Origin: Eledone cirrhosa
Lineage: Eukaryota
Assembly (NCBI GenBank): GCA_964016885.1
Contig: OZ024759.1
Coordinates: 7,254,001-7,318,000 of the forward strand
Direction of reading: 5' to 3'
Length of the DNA stretch: 64,000 nucleotides
Positions 14,041 to 27,915 of the stretch are shown here, in pieces (the stretch's first letter is position 1; every line of letters begins with the position of its first letter). The position numbers and the translations under genes are program-made. The notes under the pieces are model-generated. The model saw only the letters and a list, made by a program, of their open reading frames with translations, was not told the origin of the DNA and did no database searches.

Positions 14041-14595
14041 AAAATATATCAAAGGTTGCAGGCTCCATCGAGCTCAGTCACCAGATGAAGGACAAGTAGG
14101 GGGGGTCCCAGTCCAACGCTGTATAGAACAACACTCAATACATGATACATATAATGTCATAGAAAATTACATCAAAAGTTTATCACATAAATGGTGCAAT
14201 AGATCTTAAGGAGGTTGAGAGAGGAGAGCAAGGAATGAATGAGGGTGTTATTCAGCATGATCTTATAACTGCTCTGTAGTATACTAGTTATCCTACATTG
14301 AGCTACAACCACAGTCATACCAAGGACAATATATCTGTGTGTCTGTGCACATTAATATATTTGTCAACGAAACTCATATATATATCTTTTCTCTCTCTCT
14401 TTCTCTCTCCTTCCTCCTCCTTATACTCTTCCTCCGTTATCCTTTCCATCTTTTTCCTTTCTTCCTCTTCCTTACCCTTCTCCCCTTCCTTTCCCCTTTC
14501 CAATCTCCTATATCCTTTTAAATTTATTTATCATATGTTGTTTAGGCACTACCTTGCTCACAAGTGTCTTTTTAAAGCTTCATATCATGTCTCCC

Positions 14596-14666
14596 TATTT
14601 TATCTGATGAGAACGCAAATATCGTCCCTGGATGATATTTGTTTTTGAAATGCACATAATAAAATA
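14596..14666 (+). ncRNA. Minimal type I hammerhead ribozyme motif
   Basis: TATTTTAT-CTGATGA-stem II (gcaaatatc/gatatttgt)-GAAA-TGCACA-TA-ATAAAATA. Confidence 0.68.
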
Positions 14667-15450
14667 CATGGAACTTTTCTAACCATCTTTTAATTTCTTC
14701 TTATATATATATATATATACATATATACACACACATACATATAGAAGCATCTACCCACGCATATACTTATACTCACACACATACGTACATATACACACAC
14801 ATATATACATACATACACACGTACATATACATAGACACACACATATATACGTACATAGAAATGGTTTCTACAGGACTAGAACTGTTTCATTCAGGAGAAA
14901 TCATCAGGAAAGCCAAGTAATATGGTGGTATTTATACATTTTCTTGTGCTTGGGATGGGTGGATGTCATTGGCTGATGGGTTTAACCCTTTAGCATTTAC
15001 ATTACTCTGCCCACCTACACCTCTCTAAGACAATAACACTGGATCGAGACCTTTGGCGCCATGCAGTTGTACAGAAGACCCGACTGTCATTGCATACAAA
15101 CCTACAGTCAGTAGGCACCTCTTAACCCAATATACACTCCACCCCCACACCCTACCCCATCTTCCTTTCCCGTTCCATCCACTGTGTCAATGACACAACA
15201 GTCCACACTGTAAGGTGGCCGTGTAGGAGACACGGTGAAAAGGCTCCCAGTCCACACTGTAAATGAGGTTGGTGTTAGGAAGGGCATCCAGCTGTAAAAA
15301 ACCTGCCAGAATCACTTCCGTACAAGCGAGACACGGTCTCCTGACCAATCCCGCATCAAATGGAACAAAACTGTCTAACCCATGCTAGCGTGGAAGATGG
15401 ATGTTAAACGATGATGATGATGATATATAAAGACCAAAATCTGGTCGTAT

Positions 15451-18400
15451 ATCATTATCATCATTTTACATCCGCTTTCCCTGCTTGCAAGGGTGGGACG
15501 GGTCTTATTCAGCACAGCATCTCTCCACTTCTCACGGTCCTTCGTCATCTCCACCGTGAGCTTCAGCAATCTGAGGTCTGTTCTCACCACCTTCGCCCAT
15601 GTTTTTCGTGGTCTACCTCTACTGTGTCTTCCTTCTACTGGCATTTTTTGGCACTTCTTCACCTATCGGTCATCCTCCATGCGCATCACATGTCCATACC
15701 ATCGCAGTCTCCTCTCTCGCACACTACATTCTATCCCTCTCAGACACAGTTTCTCTCTCAACACATCCATGCTGGGTCGTTCACACACATCGACATTGCA
15801 TATCCAATGGAGCATACTTGCTTCATTTCTCTCCAGCCGTCGCATATCTTCTGCAGTTGCTGCCCATGTCTCACTACCATGCAGCATCGCGCACCTCACA
15901 CAAGCATCATATAACTGGCCTTTCGTACGCAGGGAGAAACCCTTCTTCGTCAGCAAAGGGAGCAGCTCCCTAAACTTCTTTTAACCTGTCCTTATTCTAG
16001 ATACTATGGCCTTGGAACACCCCCCTCCCATGCTAATCTGATCACCTAGGTACCGGAAGCTATCAACCACTTCTATAGAACCCACCTACATTCTAAAAAT
16101 GTGTCTATCACTGCGATTACTACTGTCTAATTTCCCTGTACATCTACTGTATACATATTTCTCCCTACCTGTTAGTTTGAATGCTATCCCACTACATCTC
16201 TTGTGTACCCAGGATCTGCATTGCGTACATTTTGTAGAATTTATGCCAGTTCCTTTTCTGCATATCGAACACGGCCATTTCCCTGATGGAATCAGAGTTT
16301 TGTCCTCTCTTCTACTTATCAACATTTTTGTCTTAGCTAGGTTCACTCTCAGTCCTCTTGCTTCCAACTGCTGTTTCCATAGCCAGAATTTATTCTCTAG
16401 CTCCTCTACTGATTCTGCTATAAGAACCAGATCGTCAGCATAGAGAAGTTCCCATGGACAGCCAGTCTTAAACTCCTCTGTTATGGGCTTGGAGGACTAT
16501 AATGAACAAGAGCAGGCTGAGAACCAAACCCTGATGTACTCCTACTTAGATCTGGAATTCCTCACTAAACTCCATTCCTATTCTCACTTTACTGACAGCA
16601 CCTCTCTACATAGCTTGCACTGTCCTAACAAGCCATTCTTCTACACCTAGTTTCCTTAGGGACCTCCAGATGACAGATCGAGGTACCCTATCAAAGGCCT
16701 TCTCTAGGTCAACAAAAGCTAAGTATAGTGGCTTATTCTTCTCTAAGAACCTCTCTTGTAATTGTCTCACCAAGAAGAGGGCATCTGTTGTACTCTTCCC
16801 AGGCACAAAACCAAACTGCATCTCATCTAGTTTGACCCTTTCTTTAATTAGTTGCGCTAATATTCTTTCTGTCACTTTCATAACCTGATCCATCAGCTTT
16901 ATGCCCCTATAATTGCTCCTCTCTAGAGCATCCCCTTTACCTTTGTAGCAATTTATGAGAATACTGCTGCACCAGTCTTTGGGTATGACACCACCGTATA
17001 TAGCCTGATTAATGATGCGTGCAACTAGTTTAGTGCCTATGTCCCCTGATGCCTTCAGCAACTCAGCAACTATCCCCGATGCTCCAGCAGCCTTACCACT
17101 TTTCATTTCCTTAATTGACTCTTGTACCCTATATTCGTCAATCTCAATAGCTGGTCCCACTGTCGGGTCTACTGGGGGTAATTTCTCTCTCTCCCATTCC
17201 TTCTCCACATTCATCAGTCTCTCATAATGACATTTCCAGGCCTCCTTTTTTTGATCATACATGACACTAAGTACACCGGCATCATCCCAGACACATTTAT
17301 CTCCAACAACATCCTGATTTGCATTGACACACTGCCTTACAATGCGGAACACCGCATGTCTCTGATCATCCCATCGCAGAACATTGGCAAACCTCCTACT
17401 CTCAGCCTCCCCGCGTGCTAAGTACACCTGACGTCTAGCTTCTCTCTTAGCGGCTGTGTATCCTTCTCTACTCCCACCATTTTTCCAAGCCAGTCTTTTG
17501 TCTCTAATGGCCTTATCTACTGTGCTGTTCCACCACCAGGTCACTCTCTGTCTGATTGGAGCTCTGCCCCAGCCACAAGTTTCTTCAATAGCCTGCACTA
17601 AGTTGTCATGTAAGAAATTCCAGTTACCATCTATGTCATACGATTCTAAATCGTCTTCTTTTTTGTCATACACATCTTGAAGGGCTTGCTTAAATTTGTA
17701 TTTTAGTGAAAGGTCTTTTAGCTTCCAGACCTTTCTTTTCCACACCTTCCTGTATGTCGCATTCTTTCGCTTGCTTACTGAGATGTCACTAATGACTACC
17801 CTATGCTTGGGGGTACATTCTTCCCCCGGGGTAGCCTTAGTATTTGACACCATCTGTCTGTCTCGCTGTCTAACTAGCAGGAAATGAATCTGGCTTATGT
17901 GCTCGCCTGATTTGTAGGTTATTAGATGGTTGGTAGGCTTCTGGAAGTTAGTGTTGCAAATGGTTAGTGCATTTGCATCACAAAATTCAAGAAGCCTCAC
18001 TCCTTTATGATTTCTTGAGCCACAACCGTGCCCACCATGTACCCCAGTGTTTCCATCCTGGAGCTGTCCAACATGACCATTGAAGTCCCCTGCTAGCATA
18101 GAGATGTCTCCGTCCTCTGTCATTGCGGCTGTTTGTAAAAGTTGTTCATAGAAGCAGTCTTTCTCTTCTTTACCTAGGCCTGCTTGGGGAACATAGGCAC
18201 AGATGATTGTCAGTAGTCCCCTGCCTACAATTAATCTAAGCTTAATTATTCTATTACTAACTCTAACTACCTCTATTGTCTTATTGATCCATCTATCAGC
18301 CAGGAAAATGCCTACTCCCCCTAACCCATCATCATTACCCACCCAGAAAAGCTTATAACTAAGATGTTTGCCTGTGATTAGTCTTGCAGAGGCACTACTC

Positions 18401-18780
18401 CATCTCACCTCTTGCACGCAGCACACATCCACATGTGTTCTCTCCAGCATCTCCGCTATCTCACCAGATCTACCTGTGAGAGTGCCAACATTAAGTGTTG
18501 CAACTCTGAGATGCGACATCTTGTTCTTTTTCCTGTTGTGTGATTGCTTGATGACGGTCGTGGGGTTCTCACACATGCCCACACCAGCCACCCCACTACC
18601 GTGTGCAACCCTAACATGGTTAATGTTATTGCTGTTTACGCAGTTGTTGCAAATCTCATTTGTTGTGCTTATAATTTTGGCAGAAGTATATATACTGGTT
18701 GGATGCCCTTCCTAACACCAGCACCACTTTACAGCATGGACTGGGTGCTTTTATTCATGCCACCAGCACTAGGGAAGTTG
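15451..18780 (-). mobile_element. Near full-length RTE LINE subfamily A (APE-RT-PHD) in a TSFM intron
   Basis: 661-aa ORF 16606..18591 with APE motifs (TLNVGT, CCVQE, AGDFNGHVG) and RT start; downstream LLYADD, PHD-like motif, GRPRKTW and (GAT)n tail; several stops. Confidence 0.95.
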
Positions 18781-18962
18781 TCTTACTGGACTTAGAGTCA
18801 TGATATACATGTGTGCATATGTATGGAGAGGGGATATCAGGTGTAGTGTTGGTGAATTTCAGAAAGAATGGAGGTTTTAAAGGATGCAGTTTCCCGACAG
18901 CTAACAACTGATGCAGGTGGTTTGGTCCATGCTTCAGCAACATGGGAGCTGACCCTTAATGC

Positions 18963-19148
18963 TTAACCCTTAAGCATTTAAACCAGCCATATCCGGCCAG
19001 GATTCTCTCACCTCTTTCAGTAACCAGCCACTCATACTGATGTTAAGGTATTGTTCTCAAAAATCATAGGTTCAATATAATGTGAGATAAAGTGTTTACC
19101 ATGAAAATACAATAGTAAATATAAAGTAATGTAAATGTTAAAGGGTTG
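18963..19148. mobile_element. piggyBac-like MITE remnant
   Basis: ttaa-ccct..gcatttaaaccagccatatccggcc at the left end, aatgttaaagggtt at the right; same family as 26062-27829. Confidence 0.6.
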
Positions 19149-19362
19149 AAATAAAGTTATGTACCATAGGCTGAGTCTACAGGTTAACAACAGGCTAGAA
19201 GTGGTTTCCAGTGGTTTGTTAGGAAAAGGGATAATAACGTAGTCTTAGGTATAGGTCAGGAAAAATAAGACAAGATGGCAGCACAAGTGGTGTGTATTTG
19301 ATCACAGGTCTGCTGAATCAAACCTGACCCAGAGCTAAACAACAACAACCATGAGGACTGAC

Positions 19363-19540
19363 CTTGTGTAGAGTGTACATAGGATCCCATCCAAGCAGAA
19401 GGTGGTGAAGCAGTCTGGAGGTAAGCTGCTCGGCGGAGTGCTATGTTTTCACCTATGTTACCAACTTCCTTTGCAACTATGTCACTTAAAGTACTTGATC
19501 CATGGACGATTTGGTTCACCTGCTCTTTATTTAACAACAC
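19363..19540 (-). CDS. TSFM: TSFM coding exon 4
   Basis: VLLNKEQV...LSDIVAKEVGNIGENIALRRA...GSYVH (EF-Ts motifs GENxxLRR and GxYVH); acceptor tttattacag, donor CAAG|GTCAGT; 178 nt, phase 0/1. Confidence 0.93.
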
Positions 19541-20507
19541 CTGTAATAAAGGAAAGTAAGGTGGAGATATATATGTGTGTGTGTATATACATATATAACA
19601 TCGTATATATGTGTGTGTATATACATATATAACATCGTATATATGTGTGTGTATACATATATAACATCGTTATCTTCATAATTGTTTTATATCCATTTTT
19701 CCACACTAGCATGGGTTAGACGAGTTGTCCTGTTGTGGGCAATGTTAGGTCAGGTGACCTTATCTTGCTCATACAGAACTGATTTTGGTTGGGTTTCTAC
19801 AGCTGGATGCCATGCCCTTCCTATCACCAACCACATTTACAGTGAGTACTGAGTGCTTTTTACCATGTCACCATCACAACCACTTTACAGTGTTTCCGCC
19901 TGTCCTCATGAGAGATGTATTTATGGTGCATGCTATATATATGCTTCAGCTTCGCCTGTGCCGTGGGACGTTGGGTCTTCTGTATTACCGCGTAACACCA
20001 GAGATCTTGGTCCTGTGTCATCGCCTTTGGGAGGTGCAATTGGGCAAGGTTGGCTATATATATAACAAAGGAGGTGTGGTAAGGAACCAGGTGGACCATA
20101 ATGCACCAGAGTACTCAATACTTAGGGTAGTAGAGTGGGTAATATGAAAATGTTCAAGACCCCGACGGCAGAGCTCAAGCCATTTCGACGGCTATTTCTG
20201 GACAAAAGTAGATTTTTTTTTTTCTGGACTAAATCTACTTTTGTCCAGAAATAGCTGTCGAAACGGCTTGAGCTCTGCCGTCGGGGTCTTGAATATTTTC
20301 ATATATATATATATATGCACATATATATAATGTATATAAATATCTAATTTAATGGTGTATAATGTTTAGTTACTATTGGGTCACTCAATGTCAATATGGG
20401 ATTCTACATTTGGTATTACACCGTAGTCGGTTTCATTAAGAAGCAGAATGTTAATAATAATGCTCATTTTTATTATTATAATATATATATGTGTATATAT
20501 ACACACA

Positions 20508-20545
<38 letters not shown>

Positions 20546-20825
20546 ATTGTCCCCAGTATTCGCAGGGGTTACATTCCTACAGCACCCACAAATATTGGAC
20601 GTGGTCCATAAAAATGCCTCTAAATGTCAAAACATAACGTAAAATATAGGCCGGCAAATACAGTTTATTGTTATTAATAATTTAGTGTTAAAAAATGTGA
20701 AGAAATATATATTGCCACAAAAAGGCATAAAATAATGACAGAAGATATTTACATTTCCGTGAAAATGCAGTGGTTTCTACAAACAATTATTAGCTTCTAA
20801 GGTAAATTCCACAAATAACCGGCAC

Positions 20826-21188
20826 GTGATTGCCAGCAGTACACTATATATATAATAGAATGTGATTGCCAGCAGTACACTATATATATAATAGAATGTG
20901 ATTGCCAGCAGTACACTATATATATAATAGAATGTGATTGCCAGCAGTACACTATATATATAATAGAATGTGATTGCCAGCAGTACACTATATATATAAT
21001 AGAATGTGATTGCCAGCAGTACACTATATATATAATAGAATGTGATTGCCAGCAGTACACTATATATATAATAGAATGTGATTGCCAGCAGTACACTATA
21101 TATATAATAGAATGTGATTGCCAGCAGTACACTATATATATAATAGAATGTGATTGCCAGCAGTACACTATATATATAATAGAATGTG
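20826..21188. repeat. 36-bp minisatellite, about 10 near-identical copies
   Basis: Unit gtgattgccagcagtacactatatatataatagaat. Confidence 0.95.
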
Positions 21189-21227
21189 TTTGTTTGAAGT
21201 ATTGTGTATAGTTTATACTGTAGAAAA

Positions 21228-21639
21228 ATAATTGTTTCTACTTTAGGCACAAGGTCAGCAATTACCCAGTGCATTACTGGTACTTTATTCTATCGACCCC
21301 ATAAGGATGAAAGGCAAAGTCAACCTCGGCGGGATTTGAACTCAGATCGTAAAGGGACGTAACTTTGCTGGAAAGCATGGCGTCCGACCCTCTACCGATA
21401 CTGCCAATCCACCACCCTAACATGGCGTCCGACCCTCTACCGATACTGCCAATCCACCACCCTAACATGGCGTCCGACCCTCTACCGATACTGCCAATCC
21501 ACCACCCTAACATGGCGTCCGACCCTCTACCGATACTGCCAATCCACCACCCTAACATGGCGTCCGATCCTCTACCGATACTGCCAATCCACCACCCTAA
21601 CATGGCGTCCGATCCTCTACCGATACTGCCAATCCACCA
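21228..21639 (-). mobile_element. SINE family 1 copy whose 45-bp head is tandemly amplified about 6 times
   Basis: SINE body 21228-21376, then unit catggcgtccgaccctctaccgatactgccaatccaccaccctaa repeated over 21377-21639. Confidence 0.92.
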
Positions 21640-21762
21640 ATAATGTAGAAAAATAATGTTTTAAGACAATGTGAAATGGATGGTAAAACTTAGTTTAAAT
21701 GAAGGCAATGAAAAGGTTTGTGTTACCTGGTAGTTAAAATATTGAAAGCACCAAGTACTTAC

Positions 21763-21870
21763 TTTGGTCTGTGTAGAATTGTTGAAATAGTTTTGACAAC
21801 ATTTTGATAGGCTTTGGACAAGTTCTTGGAACTTCTCATTCCGAGCAACAAAATCAGTTTCGCAATTCAG
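21763..21870 (-). CDS. TSFM: TSFM coding exon 3
   Basis: LNCETDFVARN completes the EF-Ts signature E-x-N-C-E-T-D-F-V; acceptor tctttttcag, donor AAA|GTAAGT; 108 nt. Confidence 0.95.
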
Positions 21871-22249
21871 CTGAAAAAGACAAAATATATATATCATATA
21901 TAATAATATAATTATATATGATAAATTCCATAAAATGTACGCAATGCAGATCTTGGGTACACAAGAGATGTAGTGGGATAGCAGGCAAACTAATAGGCAG
22001 GGAAAACAACGTATGCAGTAGATGTACAGGGAAATTTGACAGTAGAAGTTGCAGTACCGAGGTGATCAAATTAGCAAGGGAGGGGGTGTTCCGAGGCCAT
22101 AATATCTAGAATAAGGACGGGTTGGAAGAAGTTTAGGGAGCTGCTCTCTCTGTTGACAAAGAAGGGTTTCTCCTCTCCAATATATATATATATATATACA
22201 TGTGTGTGTGTATATATATATGTGCGTATTTATATATAAATATATATAT

Positions 22250-24330
22250 ATGAGAGAAAATAAATGGGAGAAAGACAGTCTCCCCCACATCGACCCAATA
22301 GAGGGACCAGCAGTGCTAGTCGAAGGTAGTATAATAAGTAAGGCAATCAAAGATATGAAGACGGGTAAGGCGGCTGGGCCTTCGGAAATAGTTGCTGAAA
22401 TGCTGAAAGCTTCTGGAATGGTGGGACACACTATGGTCATCCGGATAGTAAACCAAGTTATACAGACTGGGGTCGCTCCGAAGGACTGGCGTAGCAACAT
22501 CATCATTAACTGCTACAAGGGTAAAGGAGATGCCCTAGATAGGGGTAACTATAGAGGCATTAAATTAATTGACCAGGTCATGAAGGTCACAGAAAAAGTA
22601 ATAGCGCAACTAATCAGAGAGCGAATTGATCTAGATGAAATGCAGTTCGGGTTTGTGTCAGGCAAAAGTACCACAGACGCTCTTGTCATTGTACGAAAAC
22701 TACAGGAGAAGTACCTAGCCAAAAGTAAACCCCTATACTTAGCTTTTGTTGACTTGGAGAAAGCCTTTGATAGAGTCCCCCGCTCCATTATCTGGTGGGC
22801 CCTTAGAAAACTAGGGGTTGATGAATGGCTTGTGAGAACTATACAAGCCATGTATAAAGAAACAGTCAGCAAGGTTAGAATTAACGAATATAGTGAAGAG
22901 TTTAGCGTAAAAGTTGGTGTTCATCAGGGCTCCGTCCTTAGCCCCCTCCTATTTATTATTGCCCTTCAGGCTATAACAGAGGAGTTCAAGACCAGTTGCC
23001 CATGGGAACTCCTATACGCAGATGATCTAACGCTCATAGCTGAATCAATGCCCGAACTAGAGAAGAAATTCCAAACATGGAAGCATGGCCTAGAATCAAA
23101 AGGCCTTAAAATTAACCTGTCTAAGACTAAAGTTCTAGTTTGTAGGAAGGAAAATAGGGCACCGTTCCCATCCGGGAAATGGCCATGCTCAGTGTGTAGG
23201 AAAGGAGTAGGCAGAAACTCCATTTTATGTCCCAAATGCAAAGTATGGGTGCATAAAAGATGTAGTGGGATCACAGGTAAGCTAACTAAGAATATAGATT
23301 TTATATGTGGCCGGTGCTCTGGTGCAATAAGTAGCAACAAGTGCCCACAGAATACTAGCTCATTCCATTGCACAGATGGTACTATAGAAATAGTGGACAC
23401 CTTCCGTTACCTGGGTGACAAAATCAGCAGTGGGGGAGGGTGCTCTGACAGTACAGTAGCTAGAGTCAGAACGGGATGGAAAAAGTTCAGATAGCTTATA
23501 CCACTATTGGCCACTAAAGACTTCTCTCTAAAAATGAAAGGCAGGCTGTATGATGCCTGCATACGAACAGCAATGTTACATGGCAGTGAGACCTGGGCAT
23601 TGTGTGCAGAGGATATACGCAGACTGGAGAGAAACGAAGCTTGCATGCTCTGCTGGATGTGTAATAGTAATATACGTGAACGGCAAAGCATAAACGAACT
23701 AAAGGAGAAATTAGGAATAAGAGGGATCAGATGTTGTTTACTCGAGAAAAGACTACGCATGAAAGACGACAGCTGTATAAAAAAGTGCAGGGCGATAAAA
23801 ATAGACGGTAGCCACGGAGTAGGCAGACCCAGAAAAACCTGGGATGACTTGATAAATTCCGACCTCACACGCTTACACCTCTCCAAGACAATGTCACTGG
23901 ACCGAGATCTTTGGCGCTACACAGTAATACAGAAGACCCGCCTTGCCTAAGTACAAAGTGAAACCTAGTCAATAGGCACCTCTAACAAAATACACCCCCG
24001 TCCCACTACCCCCACCCCATCCACACCACCCTTTCAATGTAAAGTTATGTTGGTACCACAACATCCAGTCCTAAACAAATGCGGTCATGTAGGTGTCACG
24101 ACAAAACAACACACAGTCCACGCTGTAATGTGGCCGTGTAGGTAACACGGTAAAAACCTCCCAGCCCACACTGTAAATGTGGTTGGTGTTAGGAAGGGCA
24201 TCCAGCTGTAGAAAACCCGCCAGACAGTCCTATACGAGCAAGACAACCACTCTTGCCTCAAGTGGGAAAACTCCCGTCCAAACCCATGCAAGCGTGGAAG
24301 ATGGACGTTAAACGATGATGATGATGATGA
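22250..24330 (+). mobile_element. RTE LINE subfamily B, 5'-truncated
   Basis: 430-aa ORF with RT motifs (GVHQGSVLSPLLF, LLYADD), PHD-like motif, 3' UTR and (GAT)n tail; flanked by TA-rich microsatellite on both sides. Confidence 0.95.
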
Positions 24331-24439
24331 TATATATATGTGCGTATTTTTATACATATATATATATATATATCCAGCGAATTTTCAACCGTCAAGGTTG
24401 TTTTCCATGGTTATGTCACTATTTATAAAACAAATTTTG

Positions 24440-24504
24440 TATTTTATCTGATGAAAACGCACCAAGATTGGCTTGGTTGCCCTTGAAATATATATAATAA
24501 AATA
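24440..24504 (+). ncRNA. Minimal type I hammerhead ribozyme motif
   Basis: TATTTTAT-CTGATGA-stem II (accaag/cttggt)-GAAA-TATATA-TA-ATAAAATA. Confidence 0.7.
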
Positions 24505-26061
24505 ATTATGGTTTTATAAATATAGTTTCCATTTATTAATATATTGAATTATATATAGACTGTAATTCAGCGCCGAAACATCTGATCGTGGATATTTACA
24601 GCTGACGAAGGAATCTCCTTCTTTTCTCCTCTTGTTCCGTCCCACCCACCATCCTAAACTTTGTTTTTAGTAACCACACAGCTCCTTTCGTATCATTTTA
24701 TATGTGTGTATGTATATATCATCATCATCACCATTTTATGTCCATTCTTCCACGCTAGCATGGGCTAGACGGGTTGTCCTGTTGTGGGCAGTGTCTGGTC
24801 GGCTGACCATGCCTTGCTCATACAGGAACTGATCTGGCTTGATTTCTACAGCTGGATGCCCTTCCCAGCACTAACCTCATTTGCAGTGAGTGCTGGGTGC
24901 TTTGACGTGGCGCCTACACGTCCACTTTACAGTGTGGGCTGGGTGCTTTTTTTCCGTGGCACCTACACGTCCATTTTACAGTGTGGGCTGGGTGCTTTTT
25001 TGCTGTGGCACCTCCACGACCACTTTGCAGTGGGAGGGTGTGGGGCATATTGTCTATATGCTTCAGCTTCGGCTTGTACCTTCGGCTTGTACTGGGGGGT
25101 CGGGTCTTCTGTATTACTGCGTGAGCCAGAGGTCACGGTCGTGTGTCATTGGGTAAGGTCGGCCTTTATCACATCATCCCAGGTCTTCTTAGGTCTCCCC
25201 ACTCCTAACCCTAACCCTAACCAGACCTCCTTCATCACCATCATCATCATCATTTAACGTCCATCTTCCACGCTAGCATGGGTTTGGACGGTCATTTTCC
25301 CACTTGAAGCAAGATTGGTTGTCTTGCTCGTATAGGACTGTCTGGCAGGTTTTCTACGGCTGGATGCCCTTCCTAACACCAACCACGTTTACAGTGTGGA
25401 CTGGGAGGTTTTTACCGTGTTACCTACATATATATATATATGTGTATATATATATAACAAAAGAGTTGTGGTAAGGAACCAGGTGGACCATAACGCACCA
25501 GAGTACTCAATACTTAGGGTAGTAAAGTGGGTAATAGGAAAAAGTTTGACCCTGACGGCAGAGCTCCAGCGGTTTCAAGCTATTTCTGGATGCAGAAATA
25601 GCCGTCGAAATGGTCAAACTTTTTCCTATGTGTATATATATGTATGCATATATATATATATATATATTTTTTTTTTATAGAAATGACTTCTATAAGAGTA
25701 GAACTATTTCATTTCAAAGTACTTTCCTGAAGAATTCTTACAAATGAAATAAATATGCCTACACTCCACTAATGTATTGAGTACCTTTTTTAACTGTGAT
25801 GTACTTTCGATAAACATATGGATCCACCTATATTACATATACATATATATAATTTCTAAAGAAAAACACTATTATTTCTTTTCAAATCATTTTGAAAATC
25901 AACAAGAATTTGGAGAGATTTAGTAACATAACTTTCTCATAATTAAGCTGTTTGGAGCATACTTTTGTAATTGTTCTTATATAAAATTATTGTAGAAGGT
26001 TTTTCTTTTAGAGAGGGGAAGAATAAGTCAGGTTTTGAGATTATGGTATGTCGGCTGTTAA

Positions 26062-27829
26062 CCCTTTAGCATTTACATTACTCTATATATACTATTGTAT
26101 TTTCACAGTAAAGGCTTTACCTCACATAACATTCACATTACTCTATATATACTATTGTATTTTCACAGTAAAGGCTTTACCTCACATAATATCTCACATA
26201 ACATTTACATTACTCTATATATACTATTGTATTGTCACAGTAAAGGCTTTACCTTACATAATATCTCACATAACATTTACATTACTCTATATATACTATT
26301 GTATTGTCACAGTAAAGTCTTTACCTCACATAACATTTACATTACTCTATATATACTATTGTATTGTCACAGTAAAGTCTTTACCTCACATAATATCTCA
26401 CATAACATGTACATTACTCTATATATACTATTGTATTTTCACAGTAAAGTCTTTACCTCACATAATATCTCACATAACATTTACATTACTCTATATATAC
26501 TATTGTATTGTCACAGTAAAGTCTTTACCTCACATAATATCTCACATAATATTTACATTACTCTATATATACTATTGTATTTTCACAGTAAAGGCTTTAC
26601 CTCACATAATATCTCACATAACATTTAGATTACTCTATATATACTATTGTATTTTCACAGTAAAGGCTTTACCTCACATAATATCTCACATAACATTTAC
26701 ATTACTCTATATATACTATTGTATTGTCACAGTAAAGTCTTTACCTCACATAATATCTCACATAATATTTACATTACTCTATATATACTATTGTATTGTC
26801 ACAGTAAAGTCTTTACCTCACATAATATCTCACATAACATTTACATTACTCTATATATACTATTGTATTTTCACAGTAAAGTCTTTACCTCACATAACAT
26901 TTACATTACTCTATATATACTATTGTATTGTCACAGTAAAGTCTTTACCTCACATAATATCTCACATAACATGTACATTACTCTATATATACTATTGTAT
27001 TGTCACAGTAAAGTCTTTACCTCACATAATATCTCACATAATATTTACATTACTCTATATATACTATTGTATTTTCACAGTAAAGGCTTTACCTCACATA
27101 ATTACCTCACATAATATCGAATCTATGAGATTTTGAAAGTATTTATTTAGAGAACAATACCTTAACATCAGTTTGAGTGATTGTGAAACCCCTAAAAATA
27201 ATTACGCCACATCTGTCCCACGTGTTTATGCAGCTGGGGGTAAGTAAATCTAACGGTTCTTTCTACAATATTTAGGGTTATTTTTGCTTTCTTTTTTTTA
27301 ACAAGTAAATGTTATGTTTAACCCTTTAACATTCACATTACTCTATATATACTATTGTATTGTCACAGTAAAGGCTTTACCTCACATAATATCTCACATA
27401 ACATTTACATTACTCTATATATACTATTGTATTGTCACAGTAAAGGCTTTACCTCACATAATATCTCACATAACATTTACATTACTCGATATATACTATT
27501 GTATTTTCAGGGTAAACACTTTATCTCACATATCTCTCATAATATCAAATCTATAAGATTTTGATATGCTTTCCAGCATAGTTACGTCCCTTTATGATCT
27601 GAGTTCAAATCCCGCCGAGGTTAACTTTGCCCTTCATCCTTACGGGGTCGATAAAATAAAGTACCAGTAATGCACTGGAATAATTGCTGGCCTTGTGCCA
27701 AAAGTAGAAACAATTATATATTTTGAGAACAATACTTTAACATAAGTATGAATAGCAAGTTATGGCTGGTTTGAACAGAAAGAGGTGAGAGAATTCTGGC
27801 CGTATATGGCTGGTTTAAATGCTAAAGGG
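26062..27829. mobile_element. piggyBac-like MITE cluster containing a 58/70-bp satellite
   Basis: TTAA|CCCTTTAGCATTTA at 26058 and TAAATGCTAAAGGG|TTAA ending at 27833; second left end near 27318; internal tandem unit acattactctatatatactattgtatt..cacagtaaag.ctttacctcacata; SINE inserted at about 27565-27716. Confidence 0.75.
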
Positions 27830-27915
27830 TTAAAGTAACATTTCTTCAAATCACTTCACTCTATTGTCAAAGAAACATTAGATAATGCTACATCTAGTAT
27901 TGAAGAAAATGGTAC

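Noticed and set aside
20826-21188. 36-bp repeat as a CRISPR array
   Set aside because: Head-to-tail identical units with no unique spacers, no cas genes, eukaryotic intron context.
26048-27136. 362-aa repetitive ORF
   Set aside because: Stop-free frame of a satellite; no start context or domain.
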